Positions 1 through 13,086 are shown, counted from the whole stretch's first letter. The stretch is DNA of 63,586 nucleotides, filler included, from Globobulimina sp. (GCA_003354225.1; 29 parts of 29 records of this genome joined end to end with filler, not necessarily neighbours in it); one strand, 5' to 3'. Notes: generated by a model not told the origin, from the letters alone. Made by a program: numbers and translations.

Positions 1-2098
1 GTCAATACGAATCAATCTCCGATTTAATGTCTACAACTTTTTCATTAACATTATCCGCAGATGATGACTATGTGCCGTTAGTATACGAATTTGGATACAT
101 GCATGATAGTACACATTACTTTCATCCATCATTATTAACAGAATCATCTATAAATAATATTAATTTGCCAATCGGGAATTTTACAGTGTTTGGAAACGTA
201 ATTAACTCTCAATCGTCAGTATCCAGACAGTATATTGAATGCTCGATTGTTTTATTGGACCATTCTCAATGTATTGTCAATTGGAAACAAAATATAATTG
301 ATTTTTATATTGATGATAAAAGAGATGATATCACCTTTAATACAGATAATAAATATCAATATATATTCACTCAAACTAATTCATATTTAGATTATTTGTA
401 TTATGATTTTATTCCAAATAATGAAAATGATCAATGTATTGAACAATCAATTAAGCAAATTCTCGACACGTTGGATGAATATATCACAAACAATACATGT
501 TATACAAAAAAGTGGAATATTTTTCTATCGGAAACAATGACGATTTTAATGAGTTTGATTCACGAAAATGATCCTTTATCAGATATTTTTTATGTAAACG
601 ATGGAGAGAATAACTATTTATCAATAATTGAAGACTTATTGTTTATTAACTTGGATCCTTGTCAATGCATTGTTAATTTTACTGATGTTACATATTTATA
701 TCTTGACAAAGACTCAATGGTTACACAAATCAGATCCATTTATTACAAAGGTAATGAAATAACGAATTGTTTGTCGCCAATTATTTCTAATCCAGATTAC
801 CATCATTTATTCTATTCAATGGCAGCTCCAATGATTAATGTAATTAGTTTTATACCATACAATGAATCGATTGATTTATATAATTTATTATTGGACGCCA
901 TTTATATCACCGAATTAACACTAATATCCACTGCTATTCCCGGCACAAAGATATGTTCAGATACAATATCTGATGAATTTATGAGTTGTGCAGTCAGAAT
1001 TGATTCAGATAATGATAATGATATGACCATAAATATTAGAAATGCTACAATTTCTATTCCAGACAATATCACCTCTGACGGTCTTATCACAGATGTTATC
1101 ATTGTAAATACAGATACTTCATTCACTGTAACTGATACTGATGATGCCGCCGCAATGACAATACCATCGTTAAATGATTGTGAAACCACAAAAATAGATA
1201 ATACGTTGTCAGTTACAATAAAAACAGAAAATGAAACTGAGTCCAAATTACAAAATAATATTATTTTCAGAGTTCCTTGTAATGGACAGTGTGATGAATC
1301 ATTTGTATGCATTTGGTATAGTGAATACGATACCATCTGGAAAAATGATGGGTGCAACACATCCATTTATTATGATTTAAACGAAATATTATGTGAATGT
1401 TCTCATTTGACAGGTTTTTTTGCGACCATACATAATACGCACGAAGTATGTAGTAATCCCTTTGAATCTGACTGGTTAGCATGGGGTGAATGGGATATTT
1501 TGCTTTGGATATTTTTTACTATTTTCCTATTGATATTTTTATATTCAATGTTTTGTTCATTTTATTTTCACTTTGTGTATAAATGGGAGAAACATCAATA
1601 TGTTGTGTTTTTTGTTGGTATTACAGCCATATTGTATGCAATGTGTTGTTTGTTGGCTTATTTTACAAAACAAGCATTATTAACACAGAATGATGGAAAA
1701 AGTGATGAAGCCGTAATCAAGTTATATACATTATGTTTATTGCTACCGCAATTAATATTATTTTTAATATTCTCCGTTGTATTTTATTCATGGTATTGTT
1801 ACATCCATCATTTATATTTACCAGATGTTGACATTGATGAGAAACAAAATAGCGCAAAAAAGATATTCCTGAGTTTTTATATATTTTTGTGCATATTTTT
1901 ATTAATTTATTTCATTTTAGTATTGAATGTTGATTATCCTTCAAATGTTGATGGTAATATTATGTTGATCGGTGCAGTCATTTGGTCCGTTTTAATCACT
2001 TTTCCGTGTATTATATTTGTAGCATATTGCTTTTTATTCAAACATGTAAATCAAGATTTAGCAGCACACAAAAGTGTTGATAGATTATTATCAATTAT
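1..2098 (+). CDS. REJ/GAIN-GPS domain multipass membrane receptor (polycystin or adhesion-GPCR-like), partial at both ends
   Basis: GPS motif CIWYSEYDTIWKNDGC...CECSHLT; REJ-like LVYEFGY..LPIGNFTV; at least 5 TM helices after the GPS. Confidence 0.8.
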
Positions 2099-2198
2099 NN
2101 NNNNNNNNNNNNNNNNNNNNNNNNNNNNNNNNNNNNNNNNNNTTAATTAATTAANNNNNNNNNNNNNNNNNNNNNNNNNNNNNNNNNNNNNNNNNNNN
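2099..2198. other. Artificial contig linker N44-TTAATTAATTAA-N44 (first of 28, recurring about every 2.2 kb)
   Basis: Identical N-flanked 12-mer with stops in all six frames; contigs decrease in length from 2098 to 2094 bp. Confidence 0.98.
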
Positions 2199-2273
2199 CA
2201 GCGATGTTGCCTGTTTGGCAAAGGAGAGTTTTTTAAGTAGAGGAATGTCATCGAGAAACATAAAGATATTTTA

Positions 2274-2762
2274 ATGACAATGTTGGAATGTTGTCAAACA
2301 TTTAAATTTAAGAGTGGTAATTTTGCATCCTCTGTGCGTGGATATTATAAGGGGAGAGACTCACTTGTACAGTTTTGTCATGGCTCGACAGGATTTGTCT
2401 CAATGTTTGTAGCTGCAGCAATTGTTGCAAATAACAATGAATTTGTCAAATATGGCATTGAAGCACAAGAAATTGTGTGGAAAAGAGGTTTGTTGAGAAA
2501 AGGGGTCGGATTATGTCACGGAATTGGAGGCAATGGCTATGTGTTTCTAACTTGTTATAGAATGAGTGAAGAAAAGGAATTACGATATTTATATCGCGCA
2601 ATGAAGTTTGCACAAGTGATGGTCAGTAAACATACACATTTTGCAAGAAAACCTGACCGCCCAGATTCATTATTTGAGGGTAAATGCGGTGGTGTTATAT
2701 TCGTACTCGATGTCATGTTCGCATCACAAAGCGCCAGGTTCCCTTGTTATGAATGGTATTGA
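2274..2762 (+). CDS. LANCL: LanC-like protein (eukaryotic LANCL/GCR2 type), C-terminal part
   Basis: QFCHGSTG, LRKGVGLCHGIGGNGY and PDRPDSLFEG motifs. Confidence 0.9.
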   Translation: MTMLECCQTFKFKSGNFASSVRGYYKGRDSLVQFCHGSTGFVSMFVAAAIVANNNEFVKYGIEAQEIVWKRGLLRKGVGLCHGIGGNGYVFLTCYRMSEEKELRYLYRAMKFAQVMVSKHTHFARKPDRPDSLFEGKCGGVIFVLDVMFASQSARFPCYEWY

Positions 2763-2827
2763 TTATAAATATGTGCAATGTGCAAGGATATATTGTACAG
2801 AAATAAATTAAATTAATAAAAAAACAA

Positions 2828-4267
2828 TCACGAGAATTTCTTTGCATTATCCAATATTTTCATTAAGAAATACATAGAATTATGCGTTGTCCCATTTTCT
2901 TTAACATAATGCCGTAATGACTGGCCATACGCTTTAACAAATTCTAATTGTATTTGATTTAAATCCGTTTGAAACCGCGACAAAAATATATTTAAAATCT
3001 CCAAATGATTCTCTTTAAATTTCTCGCCATTCTCAGCTAACTTCGCAATCTTATTTGCAAAATACAAGTTTTTATTTTCCACAAAATCGACATGATTTTG
3101 TAAATGTAGCGCAGCGCTCGATTTCTTGCCATATTTTCTCTCAATATACATACCAATATGTTCTCCAGTTTTTGATTTTAATGTATATTGTTTTGATAAA
3201 ATACAAATGTAATCATTGCTATTTATGGTAACCAATCGACACATTTTCTCCTTATGCTCATGTTTATATTTATTGGTCAACACCATCCAATCGATATGTT
3301 TTCCAATCTCAATCAAATTGACCTTGACTCTACTTTGCATCTCGTCGTTTCGTTGTCTTTTTTCTGTATTACACAAATTTTTAAACATGCATAACATCGT
3401 GTTTTTGTTGTAATGTTTCGCCAATTTTTCCAACATTGCCAGCATGGATGAACCCGCTGAAGAAGCGCCATACTCTGTGGCCCAAAACTTTTTTATTCCA
3501 ATCAATTCAGTCACACTTCGCGCACAAATCACATTTGCGACCTGTTCAAGTTGCATATCATTATACATTAATTCCTGGATCCAACGGGCGTCAATTTCTG
3601 CAGTGGACTGTAACAATGCACTTAATACTCGATATGGGACAGCCCGCGTTTTCCCATTTAATTTATACTCAATCTGCTCCAACAACGATGTATTAAATCT
3701 GGCATACCATTTCTGTACAAGTTGCAAGCAATGCTGTTTGGGTCTTTTTGTTAATAATTCTGTCATTTTTTTAGTGAAAATTTTGTGATCTTTTTTTTTC
3801 TCGCCACTCCGCGTAGAAAACCAATCATTTATGTCATCAATGTCGGTATCGATATCAATATGTGTTTTTAATTCAAATTCATTTTCTTCCACAAAATGTT
3901 CGTCTTTGGAGGCACTGCTTTCACGCTCTTTAAATTTGAAAATCTGCTGTCCATACTCAGATATTTGCTTTTTCATATTACGTTTTGTCCTCTCGAGCTC
4001 CGCTTTTGTATCTTCCAATTGCGCGATTTTCTTTCTCTCTTTCATCATTTCTTTAAAAACCTGATTTTTCTCATGTTCTAATGATTTTATTCGCGATTTC
4101 ACCTTTGATGATGAGTTTGCGTTTCTTTCTTCCAATTCTTTTGTGTCTGCTGTTATTTTTATTAAATTATCTTCCAATATCTGATATTCATCTTTCTGCT
4201 CAGCTACTAACTTTTGTAATTCCTTGATTTTATCATCTTGCTCTGAACAACCACAGGATGCGCCCAT
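2828..4267 (-). CDS. Divergent annexin with N-terminal acylation motif and coiled coil
   Basis: Starts MGASCGCS; heptad coiled coil; annexin-like repeats such as AEIDARWIQELM..VICARS and YFANKI..IFLSRFQTDLNQIQLEFVKAYGQSL. Confidence 0.7.
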   Translation of the reverse strand: MGASCGCSEQDDKIKELQKLVAEQKDEYQILEDNLIKITADTKELEERNANSSSKVKSRIKSLEHEKNQVFKEMMKERKKIAQLEDTKAELERTKRNMKKQISEYGQQIFKFKERESSASKDEHFVEENEFELKTHIDIDTDIDDINDWFSTRSGEKKKDHKIFTKKMTELLTKRPKQHCLQLVQKWYARFNTSLLEQIEYKLNGKTRAVPYRVLSALLQSTAEIDARWIQELMYNDMQLEQVANVICARSVTELIGIKKFWATEYGASSAGSSMLAMLEKLAKHYNKNTMLCMFKNLCNTEKRQRNDEMQSRVKVNLIEIGKHIDWMVLTNKYKHEHKEKMCRLVTINSNDYICILSKQYTLKSKTGEHIGMYIERKYGKKSSAALHLQNHVDFVENKNLYFANKIAKLAENGEKFKENHLEILNIFLSRFQTDLNQIQLEFVKAYGQSLRHYVKENGTTHNSMYFLMKILDNAKKFS

Positions 4268-4674
4268 AATGTTTTTCAAGAGAGGTTTTTTAGTTCNNNN
4301 NNNNNNNNNNNNNNNNNNNNNNNNNNNNNNNNNNNNNNNNTTAATTAATTAANNNNNNNNNNNNNNNNNNNNNNNNNNNNNNNNNNNNNNNNNNNNTTCT
4401 GTTACGTCGGGGAGTGCTTCGCGAGTCTCATATTTACTGATTGCAATACAAACGACGGCTGCATTGTTACTCCTACACTGCGCTGCATCCTCTTTTTCGT
4501 CCATCGCAGATTTCTCGTCCTATTTTTAATTAATTTTAATTATACGCAAAATCGTAAAAACAAAAAAAATACCTTTTGTTCGTTTAAATCGTTTTCTTTT
4601 TCATGACTGATTTTTTTAAATGATAAAATTGAGAAACTATCGTTTTGATCACGACAATAAATGGCTAAACAAAA

Positions 4675-5190
4675 TCACATTTTAGATTTTTTAATTTCAA
4701 ATGCTTTTTTTAATTTTGATGAATTTTTTCCAAATGAGAGCCAATTTTTATTTAAATTTAATTCCATAGTTATTACATCTCCTTCGCCGTAACCAACTGA
4801 ATAGGCACTTTCTTTACCATTTGAATCATATTTACAACCATATGAAGCATATCCATAATGAATGGTTGAATCAGGTTGACAATGAAAGCGAGTATTTGTA
4901 TGTTTATGATTTGCTTCATCGATTCCGATTACACAATACTCTGCTAATTTATTCATTTTAATTTGCCATTGGAAAATGCCGCTTCCTTTCGCGACTTGCG
5001 CGCCGTAAACAGTTTTATGTGAACGATCCTTTTTTATGATTGTTTTTCCATAATCTTTGATGGTGAATGAATTCTTTACAAAATATTGAAAGGAGTCCGA
5101 CATAAAGTAACGACTTTGGTTGTTGTGACTGAAAAACCTCAACAAATTGATTTGTTTCACACTTTTCATAATAAATAACAACCTTTTCAT
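4675..5190 (-). CDS. SPRY/B30.2-like domain protein
   Basis: FQWQIKMNK..CVIGID, YGYASYG, YGEGDVITMELNLNKNWLSFGKN. Confidence 0.7.
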   Translation of the reverse strand: MKRLLFIMKSVKQINLLRFFSHNNQSRYFMSDSFQYFVKNSFTIKDYGKTIIKKDRSHKTVYGAQVAKGSGIFQWQIKMNKLAEYCVIGIDEANHKHTNTRFHCQPDSTIHYGYASYGCKYDSNGKESAYSVGYGEGDVITMELNLNKNWLSFGKNSSKLKKAFEIKKSKM

Positions 5191-5263
5191 AATTATAATA
5201 AATATCTTGTAGGAAAATAATTGATTTGTTTCACACCGTCATCGAATGTGCAAAATGCAAAAT

Positions 5264-6494
5264 ATGGATATTACGGTTGAATTAATTATTGCCACATTTC
5301 CAGATTCGACATATAGCCCAAAACAGACCGCAATTATCGCGATCTCAGAGTTGTGTAAATTATGTGGCGATGATATGGGAGGGAAAAATGAAATTATTTT
5401 CAGCTTTGAATAATATACAAAATATTGCCATTCATTAATTAACAAAAAAGCAAATATAATCAAATGTTTATTAATGCAAATTCAACGCAAAAAATTGCAA
5501 TTTCAAATGGCTGCAATCAATGCATTTGGTGAAATTGTTTTAAATTTAAATAAGAATTGGAATGGGAATGAAATTGTTGTTTTGAATGAATGTGTGCCAA
5601 TTATTGAAAATATATTTGATTCTTTTAATGCAAAACAGAAAAAATTAATGTCGCAAACTACGAGTGGTCATAAAGAAAAATTAGAAATCAAACAACAGCA
5701 TAAAAAAGATGGCGAATTGCTGTGTTGTACGTTGCGGTTTGTTGGAAATATATGGAATGGAAATGAAAAAATACAAGAAAAATATCTATCATTTGTTGTG
5801 TCGGATTGTTATATTTCTTATCTTAACAAAAACGACTGGATGTACAAACAAACAAGATTATGAACAATATATTGCAATGCTATCCGATTATGAATATAAT
5901 CCATCCAACATCCACATTTATAATCATTTTGTAATTCATAATCATTTTTATACCAAACAAAAAAGACAAATATTTTTTTAGCAATGCATGCAAAACCTTT
6001 AATAATATTATTGGTTATGTTCTTACTCTGTATCTTCAATGATGACGCCAGCATATTCAACACAATACGTGATTCCGTATTTGCTGGAAGACATTTGACA
6101 GCACGGACAGCACTGACAGCACATGCTTCAAATAAATTGAAAAGCAATGCAAATCAATTAGATCCACGCAACAGTTTCCAAGCATTCAAAGATGATACAT
6201 TTTCTGGATTGTTGTCAAAAGCTATCCATTCTTTTCAAAAAGATAAAGAACGAATATTTGAAGTGCATGCTAACGACTGTTATTATTACGAGGAAAGCAG
6301 CCATGGAATATTGGCACTTAAAGGAATATTGCAAACAACTATATATTCAGAAATTAAGTTATACAGAGACTACTTAACATTTTCAAACATCATTATCAAG
6401 AAAAGTGAGCACGGCGAATTCAGCACAGCCAGATCTATGATAATCAAACTTAACACCAAATATGAGAGAGATGAGATTATGACTGTAGATTTAG
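5264..6494 (+). pseudogene. Degenerate alpha-helical (HEAT/FAT-like) coding fragments
   Basis: Frame 5264-5863 has one internal TAA at 5411; frame changes occur before ORF 5984; family assignment is weak. Confidence 0.3.
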
Positions 6495-6772
6495 NNNNNN
6501 NNNNNNNNNNNNNNNNNNNNNNNNNNNNNNNNNNNNNNTTAATTAATTAANNNNNNNNNNNNNNNNNNNNNNNNNNNNNNNNNNNNNNNNNNNNGTTTCT
6601 AATCGATACGATAAGATGAGACGAACATTTACTTAAGCTTTTTCTCTAACAATTCACAGATGATTAAAAAAAGTTGATCATGAGCAAAATCAAGGTCAAA
6701 TAGGAAAACTCTAATAAATCATAAATAATATTCTTACTAAAAAAAACTTGCACCTTTCATTCTCAAAACCAA

Positions 6773-8621
6773 ATGACAACCACAGAGGATCGGAATGGTT
6801 TCATGTCTCCCGAAGAAGGCGAAATAATCGAATCACCGATACATGAACGCAATGGTCTAAACTATCAATTTTGTGTACCACCCGACGATGCACACACCAC
6901 CGATACAAACACAACCACCTCAAATGGCGGCACTATCCCATCCAAACGCAACTTCACCAAAATGACGCAATATTTTGATGACGACATAGACTCCGAACCG
7001 CCATTAAAACGTAAAAAAGTCTCCTCCACCGTCACCAATCCATACCCGACATTAACACTGCATTCACCCATAAACCCCGCCCACCACCACACTAATTCTG
7101 CCCAGTCGAGCCATATAAGCCCGAATCCTCCATCGCTCTCTCCATCCCCCTCTCCCATTTATTATTACACAGCAACTGCGCGGCAACAGCGAAGCCAACA
7201 TATACATACAAAAACTCACAATAATACGCGTCATCATTCTTATTCTCGCCACAAGTTACACACTTTTTATTTTATCCTTGCACAAATTCAATGCCTTCAA
7301 TTGAATTTCAAACTGGCCCAAAACCGATATAATTCCAACAGAAATCATCGAAATCGCAATGGATATCGATACCATCGCCCCCGCACTCGGTACAATAAAA
7401 GGCATTATAATCGCAAACAAATTCGAAATTACCGCCAAAGTCCCAGCAAATCGATAAATATCAGTCCTATTCCACAGTCACCGGAGCCAGCGGCGGTTGA
7501 TTTGGCCGCGACTACCGACCACGAATTAGAATTATTGAAACAGAAAGCGGTGCAATCCATGGCGAGGCTGAATAAAAACGACCTAAATTCTGATGGCTTG
7601 CTGAAAGAGGATGATTTGGAGTGTTGTTTTAATTCAGTGTTTTTATGTAAATCTGTGATATATGACATTGTTGATACTGTTATACAAAAACAAAAAGAAA
7701 AACAGGCGACCAGAGAGAGAGCGGAGAGGCAGGAGATGAATAAACATAATTTAGCTTCATTGCGTGCCTTAGCACTGCAGTCATTGCGTACAATATCGCC
7801 ATCTTCGACGTCTACGCAAATGGACACCGCCACCAATACGGACACGGTGGATATGGACATATCGCCCGATATTGTCGATTTTGATGAGGAAGAGCACGAG
7901 AATGAGAATGGAAGGGTGGAAATCATAAAAATTGTGAATCCCAACGTGGTGAATAATGTTTGTAATGAGTCACAAATAGAATATAGACCCAATGGCACCG
8001 GCAATGCAGAGATCAATTTATTTGCTGTGCAATCGCAGAAATTGACGCTTATATTAGTTATGTATTTGTGTTGTTGTGTTAATGCATTTATTTTTTGTTT
8101 AGTCACAGATTCGGAAGAAAGTAAATGAGCGGAATGCATTGACCAAAATGGCGAGAGAGTCTGCGGAGGAATTGCATAAATTTATTGATGCATTTAATTT
8201 ATCCGAAAATTTGCATTATTCGCTGAATGGATTAATTAGTCAACATATTGCATGTAATAATTGTGAGTTAAATCGGGTTAAATGCGATATGGAAATTGCC
8301 AGAGAGCGGGAAAAATATTGTAAACAAATTAAGAAAATGAAAAAAGCAAATAATAGCAATAAAAATAAGGAAAAAAAGAAACTGAAACCGAAGCAAAGGC
8401 AGAGGAATCAGCCAGTTTTTGTACGTAAAATACTTTTAAATGAAACTATAAATGATTTGGACATTGATGGTTTGTATTGGAATGGAGATAAAACGGAGGA
8501 TATGGATTTTGGTATTAATTTATTTGAAATGTATAATGATGTAAAGTCAAAGAAGAATAACGATGGATATAAAGCATTGATTACAGCAAAGATTGAAACT
8601 AATCTGTTGTTGTATTATCAG
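6773..8621 (+). CDS. Hypothetical low-complexity nuclear protein, spliced (probable intron at about 8057-8102), 3' partial
   Basis: EEGEI and PPLKRKK motifs; a GTTATG...TTTAG intron joins ORF 6773 to ORF 8139 in phase 0. Confidence 0.5.
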
Positions 8622-8792
8622 GTTTGAATGATCTCAATGTTGATCATATTGTGCATGTTTTTTTTATTGATTTTGCCTAAAATATAAACAAANNNNNNNN
8701 NNNNNNNNNNNNNNNNNNNNNNNNNNNNNNNNNNNNTTAATTAATTAANNNNNNNNNNNNNNNNNNNNNNNNNNNNNNNNNNNNNNNNNNNN

Positions 8793-9536
8793 AAAAATAT
8801 TGAATTCCAATTAAAAGACTTTAACACATCACGCAAACTAAAACAATGGTCATTGAGTAACAAAAATATTATATTATATCATCATAACGAGGAAACAAAA
8901 CAAGATAATGATGAAAAAATAGATAAATCACAGCAACAGAATGACAATATATGGAATGAATTAAAATTAATATTTAATAAAACAAACATATCAAGTTTGC
9001 AAATATTAAAATCAAATTACAATGACTTTTATAAACAATATCCTTATTTATGTATTATAAATCAACCAAAAAATAAGAAAGAAACAGTTCCATTTTTACC
9101 AAATGAGATTATAGCAAAGAAACTATATTTAAGTAATAAAGGAAGAGCATCAAAGCTTGGAATAATGCAATGTTTGCATATCACACATTGTATAAATGTG
9201 ACAATAGAAACACCAAATTTTTTTGAAAAGAATCAACAAATAAATATTAAATATCTCCGAATTCCTGTTAAAGATACATTGGATACCAATATATTTCCAT
9301 ATTTTGCACAGACAAATAAATCCATTGACGACGCCATTGATAATGGAGGCATTGTATTGGTGCATTGTCAAATGGGTAAAAGTAGATCGGTAGCTGTCAT
9401 AGCTGCATATTTGATTTATAAATATAACTATAGTGTGCAGGAAGCAATTGACTATGTAAAAAAACGGAGATATGTTGCAAATCCAAATGATTCATTCATA
9501 AAACAATTGCAAAAATACTCCAGTACTTTGCAATGA
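8793..9536 (+). CDS. Dual-specificity protein phosphatase, 5' partial
   Basis: VLVHCQMGKSRS catalytic HCx5R, IPVKD, ANPNDSFIKQL. Confidence 0.92.
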   Translation, partial: KNIEFQLKDFNTSRKLKQWSLSNKNIILYHHNEETKQDNDEKIDKSQQQNDNIWNELKLIFNKTNISSLQILKSNYNDFYKQYPYLCIINQPKNKKETVPFLPNEIIAKKLYLSNKGRASKLGIMQCLHITHCINVTIETPNFFEKNQQINIKYLRIPVKDTLDTNIFPYFAQTNKSIDDAIDNGGIVLVHCQMGKSRSVAVIAAYLIYKYNYSVQEAIDYVKKRRYVANPNDSFIKQLQKYSSTLQ

Positions 9537-9580
9537 GATTGTAGCAAGTAACTTCAGTTGAAAACTCATTCTTTTAAATA

Positions 9581-10132
9581 ATGCGTGCTGTCCACGCAAG
9601 TTCATATCGGAATATCATTTGGAACTCATGTAATAATGTCAACCACAACATGTTTTACTATAGGTCGGTATATGCGTTTTCGAGTGCAACGCTGCCAGGA
9701 TATGAAAAACCATTGCCATTGGATGTTAAAACAGGGAAATTGAGAAGAAATTTTAATGAGCAAGAAAAGCAAAACATGCGTAAAAGGAACTTAAAATGGC
9801 GCAAATATTTAACGTCAACGAGGCGTCATATGGCTCGTGAACTATTATTTGGACATTCAGCCACAAGAATGATGAATAAAATGGCAAAAGGTGCCAATCA
9901 GAAACGTTTACAAAAAGAATTAATAAATCATTTGTATGCATTAAAATTAAATTCATTTCGATTACCAATGATGGAAACTGAAGGGGACGATTCTGATGAC
10001 ACCAAAATAAAAAGGACAATAAAATTAACGCGAAGATTAAAAGCCGGATCATCATGGAATTTGAAACAGAAAAAGAAAAAAGGACATACCTGGGAGGTTG
10101 GCACAAAAAACACAAAAAATCCAAGAAAATGA
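9581..10132 (+). CDS. Hypothetical basic protein, possibly mitochondrial
   Basis: Presequence-like N-terminus, very K/R-rich, clean ORF. Confidence 0.45.
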   Translation: MRAVHASSYRNIIWNSCNNVNHNMFYYRSVYAFSSATLPGYEKPLPLDVKTGKLRRNFNEQEKQNMRKRNLKWRKYLTSTRRHMARELLFGHSATRMMNKMAKGANQKRLQKELINHLYALKLNSFRLPMMETEGDDSDDTKIKRTIKLTRRLKAGSSWNLKQKKKKGHTWEVGTKNTKNPRK

Positions 10133-10396
10133 TCAGTACAATCAATATTCACATAACAATTTCTCGAATTTTCCATTGCATTCTGACTTTTTTTGTGATG
10201 TTTTCATTCCCATAAATACCAACAGTATTGTAACATTGCATTTATTCAAACAAAAACTGTTGAAAGTATTCATGTTGATTTCTCCAACACCACGTCACGT
10301 TGTGTAATATCTGGTGTTCACAACTGACGGTATTGAAGTCACCAGTGACCAGTGGAGTTTTTTTATTTTATTTTATTTTGTTGGAAGTCTGCAAGC

Positions 10397-10889
10397 ATGG
10401 AATCGGCATTCAACACATTACATCCATACAATAAAGACATTGAGTATGAACCAAATAAAACAAACAATATGCAATTTGATATGGAATATAAAATAAATTG
10501 GAATGATTCGAGCTCAGTAAAACGTATCAAAGATTCCATACAACGCTTATTATCAAAATCATTGATCGAAGGACTCAAAGAAGACGACATAAGTTCATTA
10601 TTTCGCTCATCATCTGAAATCATTGAGAGTTTACGTTTTGGCCAATTATCTGATGTTTGTGACGTAGCGATTGATCGCTTTGGACGAAGGTCATACCATT
10701 ACGTAAAAAAAGCAATCGATTATGATGATAAAAATATACAAAAAGAAACAAAAAATATAATATCATCATTGACTGCAGTTGAATTAAATCGATTAAATAC
10801 AAAATTAAATCACGATATAAAGCAAAATAACTCCCAACATCATCCACAATTTTATGCCTATTTCACTCCTCTTATTGAAGATACCATCA
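10397..10889 (+). CDS. Hypothetical protein, 3' partial
   Basis: Open frame from ATG (MESAFN) to contig end. Confidence 0.4.
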
Positions 10890-10989
10890 NNNNNNNNNNN
10901 NNNNNNNNNNNNNNNNNNNNNNNNNNNNNNNNNTTAATTAATTAANNNNNNNNNNNNNNNNNNNNNNNNNNNNNNNNNNNNNNNNNNNN

Positions 10990-11705
10990 AATTACAGGCA
11001 TCGCAACAAGTGAATAAAAAAATTGAACATTGTAAATCTAGAATAAAAACTATGGAAATTGAATTCAAACTGTTGAAAATCGAGAAACAGCCAGAAAATT
11101 TAAGCCGGTCATACGCGATCATAGAGCTAAGTTAAAGGAATTTGAACAGGCACTACAATGGAGTCAAGCTGGCGACGCTAATGATATTGGCAATAAATCC
11201 GGATATAATGCTGGTATATATTATTATTATACTGCATATACTTATACATTGCGATAATGCGTAAAAATATATATAAAAACATTTACTATTTTTAGATGAG
11301 ATTCTAAACTCAGAGGATGCAGCGATTGGATATGGCAAAAGATTACAGGACGAGACCGATGCTGCGGCGGATCGAGCCATCAGAGATTTAGCAGAAACAC
11401 AAGAGACTGCGGTCAACACAGCGACAATGTTACATGATCAAACGGAACAAATTGGAAATATCGATCGAAATTTAGCTGAAATTGATGATGAAATTGATAG
11501 AGCTACGCGTGTATTGAAAAGAATGGGGAGGAGAGTAATGACGGATAAATATATTTGGTGTTTGATATTTTTAATCTTTGCTGCCATCATAACTATTGTT
11601 GTTGTATCTGTTGTGGATGGAAAAGTGAAGAAAGAGGACGTTAAACCGAATTTTAGGAGGTTGCTGTTCACCGAATTGGAGCAAATCTATAACAGAATAC
11701 AATGA
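10990..11705 (+). CDS. Q-SNARE (VTI1/NPSN-like); intron 11214-11295; 1-nt frameshift near 11063
   Basis: SNARE motif LHDQTEQIGNIDRNLAEIDDEIDRATRVLKRMGRRVMTDK followed by a TM helix; GTATAT...TTTAG intron restores frame. Confidence 0.85.
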
Positions 11706-11911
11706 TTCTTTTATATTTCCTTTCTCAGTGTATCAATTTAGAACTTTTGTTTTGTGTTTTTCATGTGTATTATCACTGTTTTTTTTCTCGATGACAAATG
11801 TTAAAGTTTCGAAAGCTGCCACTTCCCCCATATCAACGGTATCGATCATCGGTGGGAGGGGTAGGTACTGGCTGGTCCTTTTTCATTTTGCACAGTTAAT
11901 ATTTTTGAACA

Positions 11912-13086
11912 ATGGCGTATTTATTTATTTTAATCGAATTAAGTACCTCGTTAATAGTATGCATATCGTGCTTATTGATACATTTCCGTCAACACTTCAG
12001 ACTGCAATGTTGTGATCGTCATTATACTAAACCGGTGATACCTCAATTATTTGGCAAACTGACCAATAAATTCGGAATGGATTCAGATGCAGTTACTCCT
12101 GAATTAGAATTACCGAGCAAAAATCCTCAGTTTGTAGCTAACAGAAGTTCTCTTTTCTCACGAGAGACATTGCGACACCCTGAAGTTTTGAAGTATATCT
12201 TTTTATTTTGTTATTTTATTGCATGAAACCATAAATATACAGGATGCAATCCAATGGTGTTTGAGACCCATTGACGACGAAGAATTTAATTTTTTCCCGC
12301 GATCATTTTTATGGTATCAATTGTTTTTAATTTGTTTAATATCATTAATAATATGCAGATTTATTCAATTATTAGTTGACAATGACAATAATGAATTTAT
12401 TAATTACCAACCCCATTATTATGAAAATTTTAATATATCGTTTGCCAAATCCAATGCGTCATTAACTAGATTTGATTGGATTATAATTTATAGTATATTA
12501 ATATTAATAAATTGGGAATCATTATTTGTTTTTTATAGATATTATTCAACAACGTACAGTGCAAAATATTTTAACACTGTTAGTAATATTGCTATATTTA
12601 GAGTGTTTGCGTGCTATTCTCTCCCTTTTATATGCTTATGTGTGGCACAAATACACTTTTATTTTTGGCTATTTCCAATAATTATTGTACTGACCTCAGG
12701 TTTTGTGTTGTTTTGTACCTGGAAGACCTCTGATATTTTAATTGCGCAGTGCAAGCGAATGAGCCTAAGTTAAGTGCAGTATATCTGTGATCTGTCCATT
12801 CGTATCCATTCAGAGTGTAATAATGTACGTATGTGGTTTTTAACCATATCAATTCAGAGTGTTTTTTACCACAAAATATTTATGCACATTATATAGTGAT
12901 GGGGCGCTTTGATTGTGCGCCGACTGCAAATTCTTCATTGGTAGCATCTGTATATTTTATGCGTCGTTCCTCATTTATATCCTGTATATGCAGCATTGTA
13001 TATTTATCGTTATTTTTAATAACCTACAATGTCAACATATTATTTTATTTACCAATAATATGGTCCATAATATCTATTTCATTTAC
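11912..13086 (+). CDS. Hypothetical multipass membrane protein, multi-exon, 3' partial
   Basis: Three consecutive hydrophobic ORFs separated by GT...AG AT-rich gaps. Confidence 0.5.

Noticed and set aside
902..1366. Antisense and alternate-frame ORFs here and throughout (e.g. 7429-8139, 36546-37059, 40876-41334)
   Set aside because: They are shadows of well-supported genes or low-complexity regions
2143..2154. Regularly spaced TTAATTAATTAA as a biological repeat
   Set aside because: It is an N-flanked synthetic all-frame stop linker
2274..2762. Lanthipeptide biosynthetic cluster
   Set aside because: The sequence is eukaryotic LANCL type; no LanB/LanM or precursor peptide on the contig
5411..5413. 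Stop-codon reassignment, suggested by in-frame TAA at 5411, 14358-14363 and 31395 and TGA at 52740
   Set aside because: Conserved genes end properly in TAA (NDUFA2), TAG (P4H) and TGA (LANCL) and long ORFs lack internal stops; the cases lie in decayed or probably intronic sequence
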